Both the position numbers and the translations under genes were made by a program. From Eledone cirrhosa (Eukaryota): DNA of 64,000 nt. The notes beneath the pieces are model-generated. The model searched no databases, was not told the DNA's origin, and saw only the letters and a list, made by a program, of their open reading frames with translations. The DNA is taken from positions 39,060,001 through 39,124,000 of the forward strand of contig OZ024752.1 in the NCBI GenBank assembly GCA_964016885.1. The letters are read 5' to 3'. Numbering within the stretch: position 1 is the stretch's first letter; each line of letters starts with the position of its first letter. Shown piece after piece: positions 1-14,434 of this stretch.

Positions 1-802
1 CAAACCAGTAATAAACTTTTACCAAACGTTTTTGGTATGGTTTTGATTATTTACTTTACAAGTGGATGGTGGAAATTTTTCCAATTGAAAGAAAGTGGGT
101 GATGACGCAATTTAGGGGTCGGGAACCCTTACTATAGAGTGTTCTAAAGGTCTTGTCACCTAGTCATCGACTTAGATCTGGCTGAAGAAAATGGCAATAA
201 TCTCAAAGAGATGATTGAAACATGCAAAAAACAAATTGAAACTTTGTGAGTCGTTAGTTATTAGAAGGTTAGGATTTTTTTCAACACGCTGATGCGCGTG
301 TGTGTATGTGTGTGTATGTGCAAATGCATACCTTTATATGTATGTGTGTGTATGTGCATGTGAAAATAAATGCATACATTTATATGTATGTGTGTGTATG
401 TGCCACTGCATGCATTTATATGTATGAGTATATAAATATAAATGTGCAAACACAGACACACTTTAAAAATACACATTCAGACATACATACATTCACACAT
501 TCACACAAACACACACATACATACATTCACACAAACACACACATACACACATTCACGCAAACACATACACACATTCACACAAACACACACATACATTCAC
601 ACAAACACACACATACACAACATAACAAACGAAACGCCATCCGCTATTTTCTTATAGTTTTTCCACCACCCCCTCCCTTTCTTTTACACACACATACATT
701 CACGCAGGCAACAAACGCAAAGAGAGAGGAGTAGTATGAGGTAGTCAAACTACTCCCCTCTCTTTACGTGTTGTGACAGAATCACAGAAATTTATTTACC
801 TA

Positions 803-1349
803 CTAGACCACTCGTGACCCGTCGGGTCACGTTCGCTTCAAAATATAAAAAAAAAATCATGTTCACTTAAAAATAATTTTTAAATAATAAAAATAGACAC
901 AGACATGTATATAATGTGAAATGAAACTGGAAGGCCCATATATATACGTGGATGGTGGATGGGTGCTACACGAGTATGTTGAGGATGGCTCTGAACATTA
1001 ATCAGTATACACTGAGGATGAAAAACTCAGAGCTGTATGGGAGCATCCCAAAAGTCAGCTCAAAAGTGACACAGAGGAGACTGAGGTTAGCTGGACATGC
1101 TCACCGACATCCAGAGTTGACATTGCACTCAGTGATCCTGTGGGAGCCCCTACATGGATACACTAGAAGAGGAAGACCAAGGTTAACGTATGTTGATGCC
1201 CTAAGGACAGACACTGGTCTGTTGGAGACGCAGGACATGGCAGCGATAATGAGGGACAGAGACCGCTGGAGAGAACTCGTCCATGGATCTTGGGAATTTT
1301 ACCCGCCTTAGAAAAATGTATATATATATAAATGTGTGTGTGTGTATGC

Positions 1350-1381
<32 letters not shown>

Positions 1382-1454
1382 ATATATATATATGTGAATG
1401 TCTGTGATATGTATACACTGGTCATAGACACACACACACATATATACACACATT

Positions 1455-1517
<63 letters not shown>

Positions 1518-1527
1518 CTACTCCACC

Positions 1528-1579
<52 letters not shown>

Positions 1580-1869
1580 CTCCTTCTCTGTTTCCTTCTC
1601 TCTCCCTCTCTATGTTTCCCTTTCAATCTACTCTCTCACAACCACTATCTCTTTCTCTCTATCCTTCTCTCTCCCTATTTATGAAGGTATCCAGAAAAAC
1701 CCATATCTTGGGAACCCGTGCTCCGATTTACGCGAAACTTGTTTTTTCCATTTGTATTCCCATTTCAGGGGCAACTTTTTTCAAAGTATTTTCCTATTAT
1801 GCGCCCTTTTGGCTGTATTACATTACAGAAAAGCAAGCAAGCAATCACAGACTTTTAGTAATATATAGA
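803..1869 (-). mobile_element. Non-autonomous Helitron containing an RTE fragment and microsatellites
   Basis: Minus strand starts A|TCTATATATTACTAAAAG (1869). It ends with the perfect hairpin CGTGACCCG-A-CGGGTCACG (813-831) followed by CTAG|T (803-806), the canonical Helitron termini at an AT site. Confidence 0.7.
948..1311 (+). mobile_element. RTE-clade LINE, 5'-truncated 3' end (family A)
   Basis: ORF 952-1311 reads [35 protein letters not shown], a typical RTE C-terminus. Near-identical copies lie at 3238, 14169 and 48726. Confidence 0.9.
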
Positions 1870-2357
1870 TATAGATAGAGGACGCGAGTTAGTCTCATTC
1901 TTAGATCAATCAAAAAGCAATTTGTAATGTCAAACAAACAAAGAAAAGAGCTCCATGCTTTCTTTCTATTTTCTCCATTTGATAACAACTCATCACAAGT
2001 TGACAAACGCCTCTTAGAGTTAATTATTTATAATTGCTCGACACCTATCATGCTGCGCATTTTAGATGCTGTTGAATTGGATAAATATCTTTCAAGCATG
2101 ATGACAATTTCAATAGTTAAGTGCTACAAGATAGTCCACCAAGGAAGATATATATCTGCTTGATGTTAAACCTCCATCAAATCTATTTTCCTCGTCAGTA
2201 AGAAATGGGAAGTAAATGACAGAATCATATATCTTCATTACATATATATATATAATTGTAATATATATATATGATATTATATATTACAATTATATATATA
2301 TATATATTACAATTTATATATAATATATATATATATATATATACATATATATATTAC

Positions 2358-2445
<88 letters not shown>

Positions 2446-2722
2446 GTAATATATATATGTATATATATATATATATTATATATAAATTGTAATATATATA
2501 TATATAATTGTAATATATAATATCATATATATTATATATACATATATTATATATATATATTAATCAGTGTGAATCAGTGTGAATATATATATATATATGT
2601 ATGTATATATCTATGTGTATATATCTATATGTATATCTATGTGTATATATGTGTGTGTATATTTGTGTATCTATCTATCTATATATGTAATATGTATATA
2701 TATATGTTATTCCCCAAAGACT

Positions 2723-2772
<50 letters not shown>

Positions 2773-2802
2773 ATCAAAAGATGGTTAAAAGAGTTCCATG
2801 TA

Positions 2803-2840
2803 TTTTATTATGCGCATTTCAAAAACAAATATCATCATGC
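2803..2840 (-). ncRNA. Degenerate minimal hammerhead-like motif
   Basis: Minus strand aUGAUGA..GAAA-U-GCGC-A-UA with a palindromic stem III loop. Stem II is decayed and C3 is lost. Confidence 0.3.
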
Positions 2841-3131
2841 AATAACATTTGATCTTATATATTATGTATACTCCAGTCCTACAAACTGTAGAGTGCTTCT
2901 TATCCGATATCTGCATTGCTTTATTGTACTACAATAAAACTCACGTCTTACACACACACACATATATATATATATTCAGGTTTGAGGTTCACCACTGTAT
3001 AGAGCTGGTCTATTCCGTATGGTCAATCGTAATGCAATAATATAGAGAGTACTCAACGTAAAGCAGTTCAACCGTCTTTGTTTTTGTAGTTGGTGGTGCT
3101 ATTACGGAGTTAAATATTATAATGAAATGAC

Positions 3132-3506
<375 letters not shown>

Positions 3507-3534
3507 ATATATATATATATATATATATATATGG

Positions 3535-3870
3535 AATTTGAAACCGTGACGAACTCAGCTCAACAGGAGTTTATTTCTTGCTGTAGAAGGAATAAGCTCC
3601 TTTTGAGCCGAGTTTTTGTCTGAAATAATTGCCAGATAATACACAATGTAAAACGTGTGGCACAAAAGAGAACAACTGGAAGTATTAATACAGACAGTAT
3701 TACCAAGTAGATTGCTAATATCAAATAAACCCTTGAAATTTCGAAGCAAGCCACTCGTCGTTATACTTATGGACGCCATTGTGATTGATCAACTTACGCT
3801 GCTTCGGTCATTCGATGCAGTCATTATAATATAACCATACTATCATATAGGCTTTTATATAGACTATTAT
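3535..3870 (+). mobile_element. Probable Penelope-like element 3' remnant
   Basis: One plus frame reads NSAQQEFISCCRRNKLLLS, resembling the PLE terminal motif N.R.E..S.CRH.NK.LL. The left side abuts (TA)n. Confidence 0.3.
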
Positions 3871-3944
3871 TATATACACACCACTCTTTCTCTCTCTTTC
3901 TCTCTCTTTCTCTCTTTTTCTATCCCCCCCCCTCTCTCTCTCCA

Positions 3945-5425
<1,481 letters not shown>

Positions 5426-5428
5426 TAC

Positions 5429-6522
5429 ATCTACTTTGGGGTGTACACACATCTCATATATACACGAAGATACAGGCACATGTAGTAATGCATCGCGCAC
5501 ACATACATACATACATACATACATACACACACATACACACATACATACATACATACATACATACACACACACATACACACACATACATACATACATACAC
5601 ACATACACACATACATACATACACATACACACACATACACACACACACATGCATACATACAAAAATACATACATACATAAATACATACATACATACACGC
5701 ACACATTCATACATACATACATACATACACATACACACATTCATTCATACATACATACATACATACACATACACATACACACACACACATACACACACAT
5801 ACATACATACACACACACACATACATACATACACACACACACACACATACATACATACATACATACACACACATACACACACACACATACATACATACAC
5901 ACACATACACACACACACACATACATACATACACACACACACACATACATACATACACACATACATACATACATACACACATACATACATATATACATAC
6001 ATCTACTTTGGTGTATACACACATCTCATATATACACGAAAATACAGGCACATGTAGTAATGCATCACGCACACATACATACATACACACATACACACAC
6101 ACACACACATACATACATACATACATCTACTTTGGTGTATACACACATCTCATATATACACGAAGATACAGGCACATGTAGTAATGCATCACGCACACAT
6201 ACATACATACATACATACACCCATACACACACACACACACATACACACATACATACATACATACACACATACATACACACACACATACATACACACATAC
6301 ATACATACCTCTACTTTGGTGTATACACACAACTCATATATACACGGAGATACAGGTACACACATACATACATACACACACATACATACACACACACATA
6401 CACACACATACACACATACATACACACACACACACACACATACACACATACATACATCTACTTTGGTGTATACACACATCTCATATATACACGAAGATAC
6501 AGGCACATGTAGAAATGCATTC
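5429..6522 (+). repeat. Complex satellite: ~70-bp unit x5 separated by variable CA/CATA tracts
   Basis: ATCTACTTTGGTGTATACACACATCTCATATATACACGAAGATACAGGCACATGTAG at ~5429, 6001, 6126, 6309 and 6456. Confidence 0.9.
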
Positions 6523-7115
6523 AAATGACAATTCTCTCAAACTTACTCGTTCGATCATCATATGTTCTCTTACTTAGTTCTTTGTAACAAAGACTTTGTT
6601 AGTATTGAACCACTTTGATTCACTTTATATTGTGAATCATCTAGCAAAGAGATATTTCTAGAATACTTCAGAAGGGATACGTATTGATCAAGATCTTATT
6701 TCTACTTATTGCAAAGCAGCGTTCGTATTTCTTCTTATAATTTGCTCTTCACTCCTTCGTTAGTTAAACGCAGTCCTGTGATTGTTTTGTTGGTAGGCCA
6801 AGACAGGAGAGTTATAGCGTTTATAGTCCCCCTCCATGTCAGGTCGATGTACACTAGCTTGAAAAAGTAATTGGATGAAGTAGATATGATTAATGCTCAG
6901 CTTAAGTTCCTTCAGATTGATGGTGAAAGCGAAGTCTTTTGGTGAACCGAACAGCGGTTTGATGGATCAGAAATACTTAGATTCGTTTAACTGTTACATT
7001 CTCTTCTTTGAGTCCATCTATTTCTCTCAGTCTCTCTCCCTCCCCCAATCTCTCTTTCTCTCTCTCTTTCTCTCTCACTCTCTCTCTCCCACTCGCCTTC
7101 CCTTAATCTCTCTCT

Positions 7116-7159
<44 letters not shown>

Positions 7160-7278
7160 ACCTACCTACCAACCTAACTACCAAACCACTTACCAACTCA
7201 TCTATATTTCGATCTATCTATCTATGTATATTTACCAATGCATCTATGTTCGGACAAGAACAACAATAAAAAACATCG

Positions 7279-7377
7279 AAGGCAAAGTTAACCTCGACGG
7301 GATTTGAACTCAGACCGTAAAGGGACGTAACTATGCTGAAAAGCATGGTGTCCGACCCTCTACCAATTCTGCCAATT
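7279..7377 (-). mobile_element. tRNA-derived SINE (main family), head fragment
   Basis: Reverse complement of TTGGCAGAATTGGTAGAGGGTCGGAC...GAGTTCAAATCCC, with Pol III A and B boxes. Confidence 0.85.
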
Positions 7378-7655
7378 ATTTATATGCATTCACGGAACAA
7401 AGGCCAAGATTTCAAGGTCCAAATTTGACCACACCTCCAGAAAACAAGAGGCATGAAGATAGTTACCGTTCTTCAGGCGCTAATACGAGTTATATATATA
7501 TATATATATATATAAATGAGAGAAAAATACTGCAGGTAGCACATGGGTAACATGTAATAAAATAAGTCCCTCATCATTGATTTGCCGAAGAACATAGATA
7601 TTTCATTGCATTAAAAATCATATATCTCACTTCGGTGCAATAATAACCAAAATAA

Positions 7656-7708
<53 letters not shown>

Positions 7709-7716
7709 TTTCTATT

Positions 7717-8266
7717 TGGCTCAAGGTCTTGGCTCAAATATCGAGACATCTTTCGATGTAGGTTTGGCTCAACTATCGAGGTATTTTTTTTTTCGATATA
7801 GGCCTTGGCTCAACTATTTGAAACATCTTGGCTCAACTATCGAGACTTCTTCTTTCGATATAGGCCTTGGCTCAACTATCGAGACCTCTTCCTTCGATAT
7901 AAATCTTGCCTCAACTATCGACACTTCTTCCTTCGATATAAATCTTGGCTCAACTATCGAGACTTCTTCTTTCGATATAAATCTTGGCTCAACTATCGAG
8001 ACTTCTTCCTTCGATATAAGTCTTGGCTCAACTATCGAGACTTCTTCCTTCGATATAAGACTTGGCTCAACTATTGAGACTTCTTCCTTCGATATAGGTC
8101 TTGGCTCAACTATCGACACTTCTTCCTTCGATATAAGTCTTGGCTCAACTATCGAGACTTCTTCCTTCGATATAGTTCTTGGCTCAACTATCGACACTTC
8201 TTCCCTCGATATAGGTTTTGGCTCAACTATCGAGATCTCTTCTTTCGATATAGACCTTGGCTCAAT
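7717..8266. repeat. 39-bp minisatellite, ~14 units
   Basis: Unit CTTGGCTCAACTATCGAGACTTCTTCCTTCGATATAAGT, with an internal TATCGA..TCGATA inverted motif. Confidence 0.95.
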
Positions 8267-8399
8267 GCAAATATGCACGAGGGAATTCTCTTGTTAATTC
8301 CGTAATTTAGAGTTGCTGACTGCTCCTGATTGTATATAGAAATATTCGATAAGCTGTTTGTCTATTTAATTTCTTCGTTCAAATATTGACAACCCAGAC

Positions 8400-8690
8400 A
8401 ACTCATGAAACTGAGATAATTCCGATATAAAACCTGCGGCTCAGTAGTTACCGATGATGTTGATCTTTTCTTCTTTTTGGATTATAGCTACTGTCGCCCA
8501 GAGAGTGGGATTGGCTCAGTGCACAGTCTTTCCTCACTTAAAAAAAATCTTCACGGACAGGCATTGCACGATAGAATTAATTAATAATTATTAATAATGG
8601 TATATCGTGCAATGGCCATACTCGATAACGAGGGGGGAAGCCATCATGTATGTATGTATATATGTAGGTATGCATTTATATATATATATA
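8400..8690 (+). mobile_element. 3' part of the RTE-UTR-like non-autonomous family B; left arm of an inverted repeat
   Basis: AGAGAGTGGGA..CTTAAAAAA..CAGGCATTGC..GCCATCATGTATG is shared with 13611 and 25926. Mirrored at 9236-9510. Confidence 0.7.
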
Positions 8691-8711
8691 TATGTATATA
8701 TATTCATATAT

Positions 8712-8789
8712 ACTTCCTGAAGAGTCCGGTGCTCTAGGTGTCCGATGCTATCGGATATCGTAAAATGCGGACGAAACCATGGTAGAGGT
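8712..8789 (+). ncRNA. Type I hammerhead ribozyme (Penelope-type, minimal stem III)
   Basis: Stem I ACUUC/GAGGU. Core CUGAAGA at 8717-8723. Stem II GUCCG/CGGAC with an inner hairpin. GAAA-C-CAUG-GUA gives a palindromic loop and a GUA cleavage triplet. Confidence 0.85.
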
Positions 8790-9068
8790 AACTAAATATG
8801 TTCACTTTTGTCCTAGTTTATTTTACACCTAATTATGTTTGGTTGACTGTATATCTGGGCGATTCATACACGCTGTCGAAATACTCGATAAATACTCCGT
8901 CGCAACCGACGCGAAGGGCTGCTTTCGGTTATTTGTCGGAGATTTCTTCATAGAAGCCTTATTCTTATAGCTTGGTCTAATCGATTTTTTATATGGTTAA
9001 TTATGCTAATTGGGAGAGGAAATGGTATATATTTTATCTGGTGATTCTATAGACATGTTTTATGATAT

Positions 9069-9111
<43 letters not shown>

Positions 9112-9146
9112 TATATACATATATATATATATACATATATATATAC

Positions 9147-9235
<89 letters not shown>

Positions 9236-9242
<7 letters not shown>

Positions 9243-9510
9243 GCATACCTACATATATACATACATGATGCCTTCCCCTCGTTATCGAGTATGGCCATTG
9301 CACAATATAACATTATTAATAATTATCAATTAATTCTATCGTGCAATGCCTGTCCGTGAAGATTTTTTTTAAGTGAGGAAAGACTGTGCACTGAGCCAAT
9401 CCCACTCTCTGGGCGACAGTAGCTATAATCCAAAACGAAGAAAAGATCAACATCATCGGTAACTACTGAGCCGCAGGTTTTATATCGGAATTATCTCAGT
9501 TTCCTGAGTT
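9236..9510 (-). repeat. Inverted copy of 8400-8690
   Basis: Near-exact reverse complement of 8400-8690, including the microsatellite tail. Confidence 0.9.
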
Positions 9511-9592
9511 ATCTTCTCCTAGAATAATGCCCTGACATACATACATACATACATACATACATACATACATACATACATACATACATACATAC

Positions 9593-10453
9593 AAAAAAAT
9601 TGACCAATTTACAGAAAAAGTTCTGCATGGATTCTTGAGGCGTAAAACACAGACCATAGAGGGGATAAACCACTCAAAAAGCCTGGCTTGGAGTTCCGAC
9701 AAGTTTATGACATCACACCTTGAGGGATATCTCTATGCAATACAGGAACAAGAACTCCCTACCAAATATCTGCTGAACAAAAGAGGAGGGCCAGCAGCTG
9801 ACAATAAATGTAAAACAAAGATCGAGGATGTAAGCCACATTGTTGCCAGCTGCGAAAGAATGTCATCTCGCTACTACCTCCCCATGAGACACGATGGGAT
9901 AGCTAGAACTATCTGGAACGCACTTCGGAAAACAAAATTAACAACAAACGAGGAAGAATATATTGAGACAGATGGCACTAAGGAATACTGGTGGAACCTG
10001 AAAATAAAAACTGCCACCAAATTAAAGCACAACCGGCCTGATATTGTAGTTTGGGACCACACATTGAAAACGTGTTCTGTTGTGGAGATCAGCTGCCCAC
10101 TTGATGTAAACGTTGTCAGAAAAATACAGGAGAAGGAGGACATCTACGGACCATTGATGAGGAGTTTACAAATCCAGTATCCAAGATACACCTTTAGCTT
10201 CATACCCATCATTATTGGTGCTACGGGTTATATACCAACCCGCTTGGACCAAAGTATGACCGAACTTGGATTTGCGGACAAAAAGCGCAGCTCCCTAATT
10301 CATAGTCTACAAATGGCTGCGATAGCTGGCACCTTCAAAATTTGCAAAACATTCTTGCGATTCAAGGGATGACAATTTCTTTTCTTTTACAACCTTGCCA
10401 CCAGGAAGGTGGCCGGTCAAAAAAATATACTCGAAATTAAGAGAAAGAGAAAA
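9593..10453 (+). mobile_element. R4/Dong-like LINE 3' end (restriction-like endonuclease) in (CATA)n
   Basis: ORF 9635-10372 has EGYLYAIQEQEL, a partial CCHC (KCK..HIVASC), RHD, RPDIVVWD..VVEISCP..KEDIY and PIIIGATG. (CATA)n lies on both flanks. Confidence 0.9.
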
Positions 10454-10623
10454 CATATATACATACATACATGCATACATACATACATACATACATACAT
10501 GCATACATACATACATACATACATACATACATACATACATACATACATACATACATACATACATACACACATACATACATACATAAATATATACATACAT
10601 ACCTATATACATACATACATACA

Positions 10624-10656
<33 letters not shown>

Positions 10657-10803
10657 TTAGACTGGGACACGCGCGTAACAGGTCGATACACAATAAATAT
10701 ATTTTATATGTAAACGAAACTTCGTTCTTTTTTTCTATTACATACACTCTGCCAGTGCGTAGAGTGCTTGTACCACCCCAGTAATTCACTGAACCACTTA
10801 AAC

Positions 10804-10858
<55 letters not shown>

Positions 10859-10862
10859 ATAC

Positions 10863-10898
<36 letters not shown>

Positions 10899-11055
10899 TT
10901 GATCATGCTTTTATATTTATTTTTATTTCATTCCTTTTATTTTGATCATGCTTTATTTTTATTTTTATTTTTAATTTCATTCGCACCGTTTCCTTTCGCT
11001 ATATGTCTCTCCACCACTCCCCTACACACCCTTTGAACTCTGTTCCCACACACTT

Positions 11056-11095
11056 CTCACCTGAGGAAGGGCTTATGCCCGAAACGTCGTTCCCC
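11056..11095 (+). ncRNA. Hammerhead-like motif (PLE variant)
   Basis: CUGAGGA-A-GGGC-UUAU-GCCC-GAAAC-GUC-GUU. Stem I is not evident. Confidence 0.55.
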
Positions 11096-11178
11096 ACCAC
11101 CACCCCACTCTCCAGAGCGTGAAATTAATAAACATTCGTTGTACTGCCTCTCTGTTTTGTTCCTGTTCAAATTTTTCC

Positions 11179-11289
<111 letters not shown>

Positions 11290-12660
11290 ATACTTGGGGA
11301 GGGTCATATTTGCGTAATATTGCCAGAATTAATAACAGAACACACTCACTGTTTGGTTGGTTTTCGCTTCTCGCTGTCTTTTATATCTGCGATCTAACTT
11401 ACTCGGTCCTCAATGTTGCCATTGACTGACCGACGGTCAAAAATAATACAGATACAATATAGACACAAACACATATATATAGTTTACATAATTTACATAA
11501 ATCTTTCGTTGCACATCTGCAACATCGTTAGTGGTGTTATATATATATATTTTTTCCTCCTGTTGTGTTGTATGTCTACGCCATTTTTTATTCAGTCTGT
11601 CTATATATTTATTTATTTATTTGCTTGTTTGTTTATTTTATTTTGTCTTCTTTGCGCATGCGTTTGCGTGTGTATATAGTGTTATGTGTGCTATGTGACT
11701 AGTGTGTATAGTGTTGTGTCTGCTGGGTGACTAGTGTGTGTTTATGTGCTTGTTGTTATTGTGCTTGTGTATGTATTTATTTATCTTATTTTATTTTATT
11801 TTATTTATTTACTTATTTATCCTTCTCTTAGGTCAGTGTTGTTTGTTTGGGTGTTGTTGTTGTTCCACTCATTCTTTCTGTTTAGCTTTGGTCTTCTAAT
11901 TTCTATTTCACTGGCCTCTCTGATTTACCTATCTGCTGGGTCATTCCTATGTTTAGATATTATTCTAATTTCTATGTTGTCTATGTTACCGTCATGTTGT
12001 TGTCTAGCATGTTCGTATAGTACTGACCCGTTTTTTCGTCCTTTTAGTTCCCCCCAGTGTTGGTCTATCCTTTCACCTATGCTACGAGCTGTCTCACCTA
12101 TGTATGTTGTTGTCATGTTTCTGCAAGTACCCTCTGTACATCTTATGCTATAGACTACGTTTCTAGTTTTACAGTTTATCCGGGGGTTCACCTTACATAT
12201 GATACATTTCCTATTAGTACAGTGGGTTTTCTTAAAAGGGTAGGTTTTGCTGATCAGGGATTTTATGGTGGTTCCTGGCTTTTCTACCACCTTTATTTTT
12301 AAGTGGGTCTTTCTCAGGGCCTTTCTACACTGGTTAGCTAATTTCCCTCCAGGGGTGGCGTCCACAAACATGACACTCTGATATCTCTGGTTGTCGTACC
12401 ATGATGTGGCCTTCCCTATCTTATGTCTAGCCCTATCTAAGCTATTCCATGATTTGCTCCTGTATAGTGGGCAAATTCCTTTCATGTCCAGTTCTATGAG
12501 GGTCTTATACTTTTCCATGGCTCCTTCGTATACTCTGACTCTGTCTCTTTGGTTGTAGCCAGAGAACTGCATGCGGTCGATGAAGTGTTGGATGTGTCTT
12601 TCCATTTCTGTTGGGTCGCACATGCTGGACACATTCTTCATCACTCGTACCAAATCTGCG
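11290..12660 (-). mobile_element. Penelope-like element, 5'-truncated (RT thumb, Zn linker, GIY-YIG, 3' region)
   Basis: ORF 12653-11925 reads SGY..FVDATPGGKL..CTNRKCIIC..CKTRNVVYSIRC..YIGETARSIGERIDQH. The frame continues past a TAA as IREASEIEIRRPKLNRKNEW. Confidence 0.9.
11494..11536 (-). ncRNA. Mutated hammerhead motif in the PLE 3' region
   Basis: CUAACGA (G5>A)-U-GUUGCA-GAUG-UGCAAC-GAAA, on the same strand as and downstream of the GIY-YIG ORF. Confidence 0.55.
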
Positions 12661-12747
<87 letters not shown>

Positions 12748-12779
12748 CGCGTGCGTGTGTGTGCGTGTGTGTGTAGGAG

Positions 12780-12965
12780 ACGCGGTAAAAAGGCTCCCAG
12801 TCCACTCCGTCAATGTGGGTGGCATTAGGAAGGGCATCCGGCTGTAGAAACCCAGCCAGAGACAGTTCTATACAAACGAGACACGGTCACCCGACCAATC
12901 TTGTTTCAAGTGGTACAAACGTGTCTAACCCATGCTAGTATTGAAGATGGACTTTGGATGATGAA
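12780..12965 (+). mobile_element. 3' part of a second SINE family
   Basis: AAAAAGG..CCCAGTCCAC..GGCATTAGGAAGGGCATCCGGCTGTAGAAAC..ACCCATGCTAG with a (GAT)n tail. A related reversed piece lies at ~56465-56500. Confidence 0.6.
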
Positions 12966-13069
12966 GAGGATGATGCTGATGATATGTATGTATGTGTGTA
13001 TGTATGTATGTATGTATGTATGTATGTATGTATGTATGTATGTATGTATGTATGTATGTATGTATGTTA

Positions 13070-13503
13070 TATCTCTTTCTCTTAATTTCGAGTATATTTT
13101 TTTGACCGGCCACCTTCCTGGTGGCAAGGTTGTAAAAGAAAAGAAATTGTCATCCCTTGAATCGCAAGAATGCTTTGCAAATTTTGAAGGTGCCAGCTAT
13201 CGCAGCCATTTGTAGACTATGAATTAGGGAGCTGCGCTTTTTGTCCGCAAATCCAAGTTCAGTCATACTTTGGTCCAAGCGGGTTGGTATATAACCCGTA
13301 GCTCCAATAATGATGGGTATGAAGCTAAAGGTGTATCTTGGATACTGGATTTGTAAACTCCTCATCAATGGTCCGTAGATGTCCTCCTTCTCCTGTATTT
13401 TTCTGACAACGTTTACATCAAGTGGGCAGCTGATCTCCACAACAGAACACGTTTTCAATGTGTGGTCCCAAACAACAATATCAGGCCGGTTGTGCTTTAA
13501 TTT
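13070..13503 (-). mobile_element. R4/Dong-like LINE 3' end, second copy, in (TATG)n
   Basis: Near-identical reverse copy of 10020-10450, with (TATG)n on both flanks. Confidence 0.9.
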
Positions 13504-13610
13504 TATGTATGTATGTATGTATGTATGTATGTATGTATGTATGTATGTATGTATGTATGTATGTATGTATGTATGTATGTATGTATGTATGTATGCATGT
13601 ATGTATGTAT

Positions 13611-14120
13611 ATCAGGTCGCTCTCGAGTGCTACTGGTAACATGTAACCCAGTACAACCTGTCTCATGGCCGGGTCGTCGGCGACTAAACCAGCAACCCCA
13701 CCAAACTACCTTGGTGAGGAGGGTAATATTTGGACACCCGGCGGGATGAAATACTAGACCCGGCAAAGGGCGAGGAACTCAGCAGAGTCAACGGCCATCA
13801 AAATAGTAGTTCTTTCCCCCCTGGGAGTGAAATCCCCCAGTTGTTGTCACAACACCTTTCTAGGAAAGGGAAACTCTGAAAGAAAACCTGTCGCTTCAGA
13901 AGCATCCGATGATGTTGGCTAGTTCTCCCTGTCGATGCTCAGAGAGTGGGATTAGTCGAGTGCAAGGCCTTTCCCTACTTAAAAAACCTTCAAAGCCCAG
14001 GCATTGCTTGTTCAGGATTTGTTACAGGTTCGTGTGGCTGGCCATAGCCTAAAAGTGCACCAAACTCTATAATCTGACAAGCGATTGCAATACTCTTAGC
14101 AGAGCTTACAGCCATCATGT
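13611..14120 (+). mobile_element. Family B non-autonomous element (RTE 5'UTR-like), apparently full length
   Basis: Starts TCAGGT after (TATG)n, contains CTAGGAAAGGGAAACTCTG (an RTE 5'UTR-type motif) and ends GCCATCATGTATG. Confidence 0.6.
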
Positions 14121-14168
14121 ATGTGAGAATGCATTTATATATATCGGTGTGTGTGTATATATCTATCT

Positions 14169-14434
14169 ATCTAAGGCGGGTAAAATTCCCGAGATCCATG
14201 GACGAGTTCTCTCCAGCGGTCTCTGTTCCTCATTATCGCTGCCATATCCTGCATCTCCAACAGACCAGTGTCTGTCCTTAGGGCATCAACATATGTTAAC
14301 CTTGGTCTTCCACTTCTAGTGTGTCCATGTAGGGGCTCCCAAAGGAGCACTGAGTGCAATGTCAACTCTGGATGTCGGTGAGCATGTCCAGCTAACCTCA
14401 GTCTCCTCTGTGTCATTTTTGAGCTGACTTTTGG
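14169..14434 (-). mobile_element. RTE LINE 3' fragment (family A)
   Basis: ORF 14171-14485 reads [17 protein letters not shown]...REFYPP*. Confidence 0.9.

Noticed and set aside
721-763. Hairpin containing TGAGGTAGT (let-7-like 5' end)
   Set aside because: The motif lies in the loop, the match stops after 9 nt and the stem is too short for a pre-miRNA.
5429-6522. Repeat-spacer pattern suggestive of CRISPR (also 55205-55640)
   Set aside because: Spacers are variable-length microsatellites, the context is eukaryotic and there are no cas genes.
7430-7475. GCATGAAGA..TCTTCAGGC inverted hammerhead 5' halves
   Set aside because: Too short and lacking a GAAA half. It could be chance.
7716-8297. 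193-aa GSTIETSSFDI repeat protein
   Set aside because: The 39-bp unit keeps frames open on both strands. There is no ATG start or splice context.
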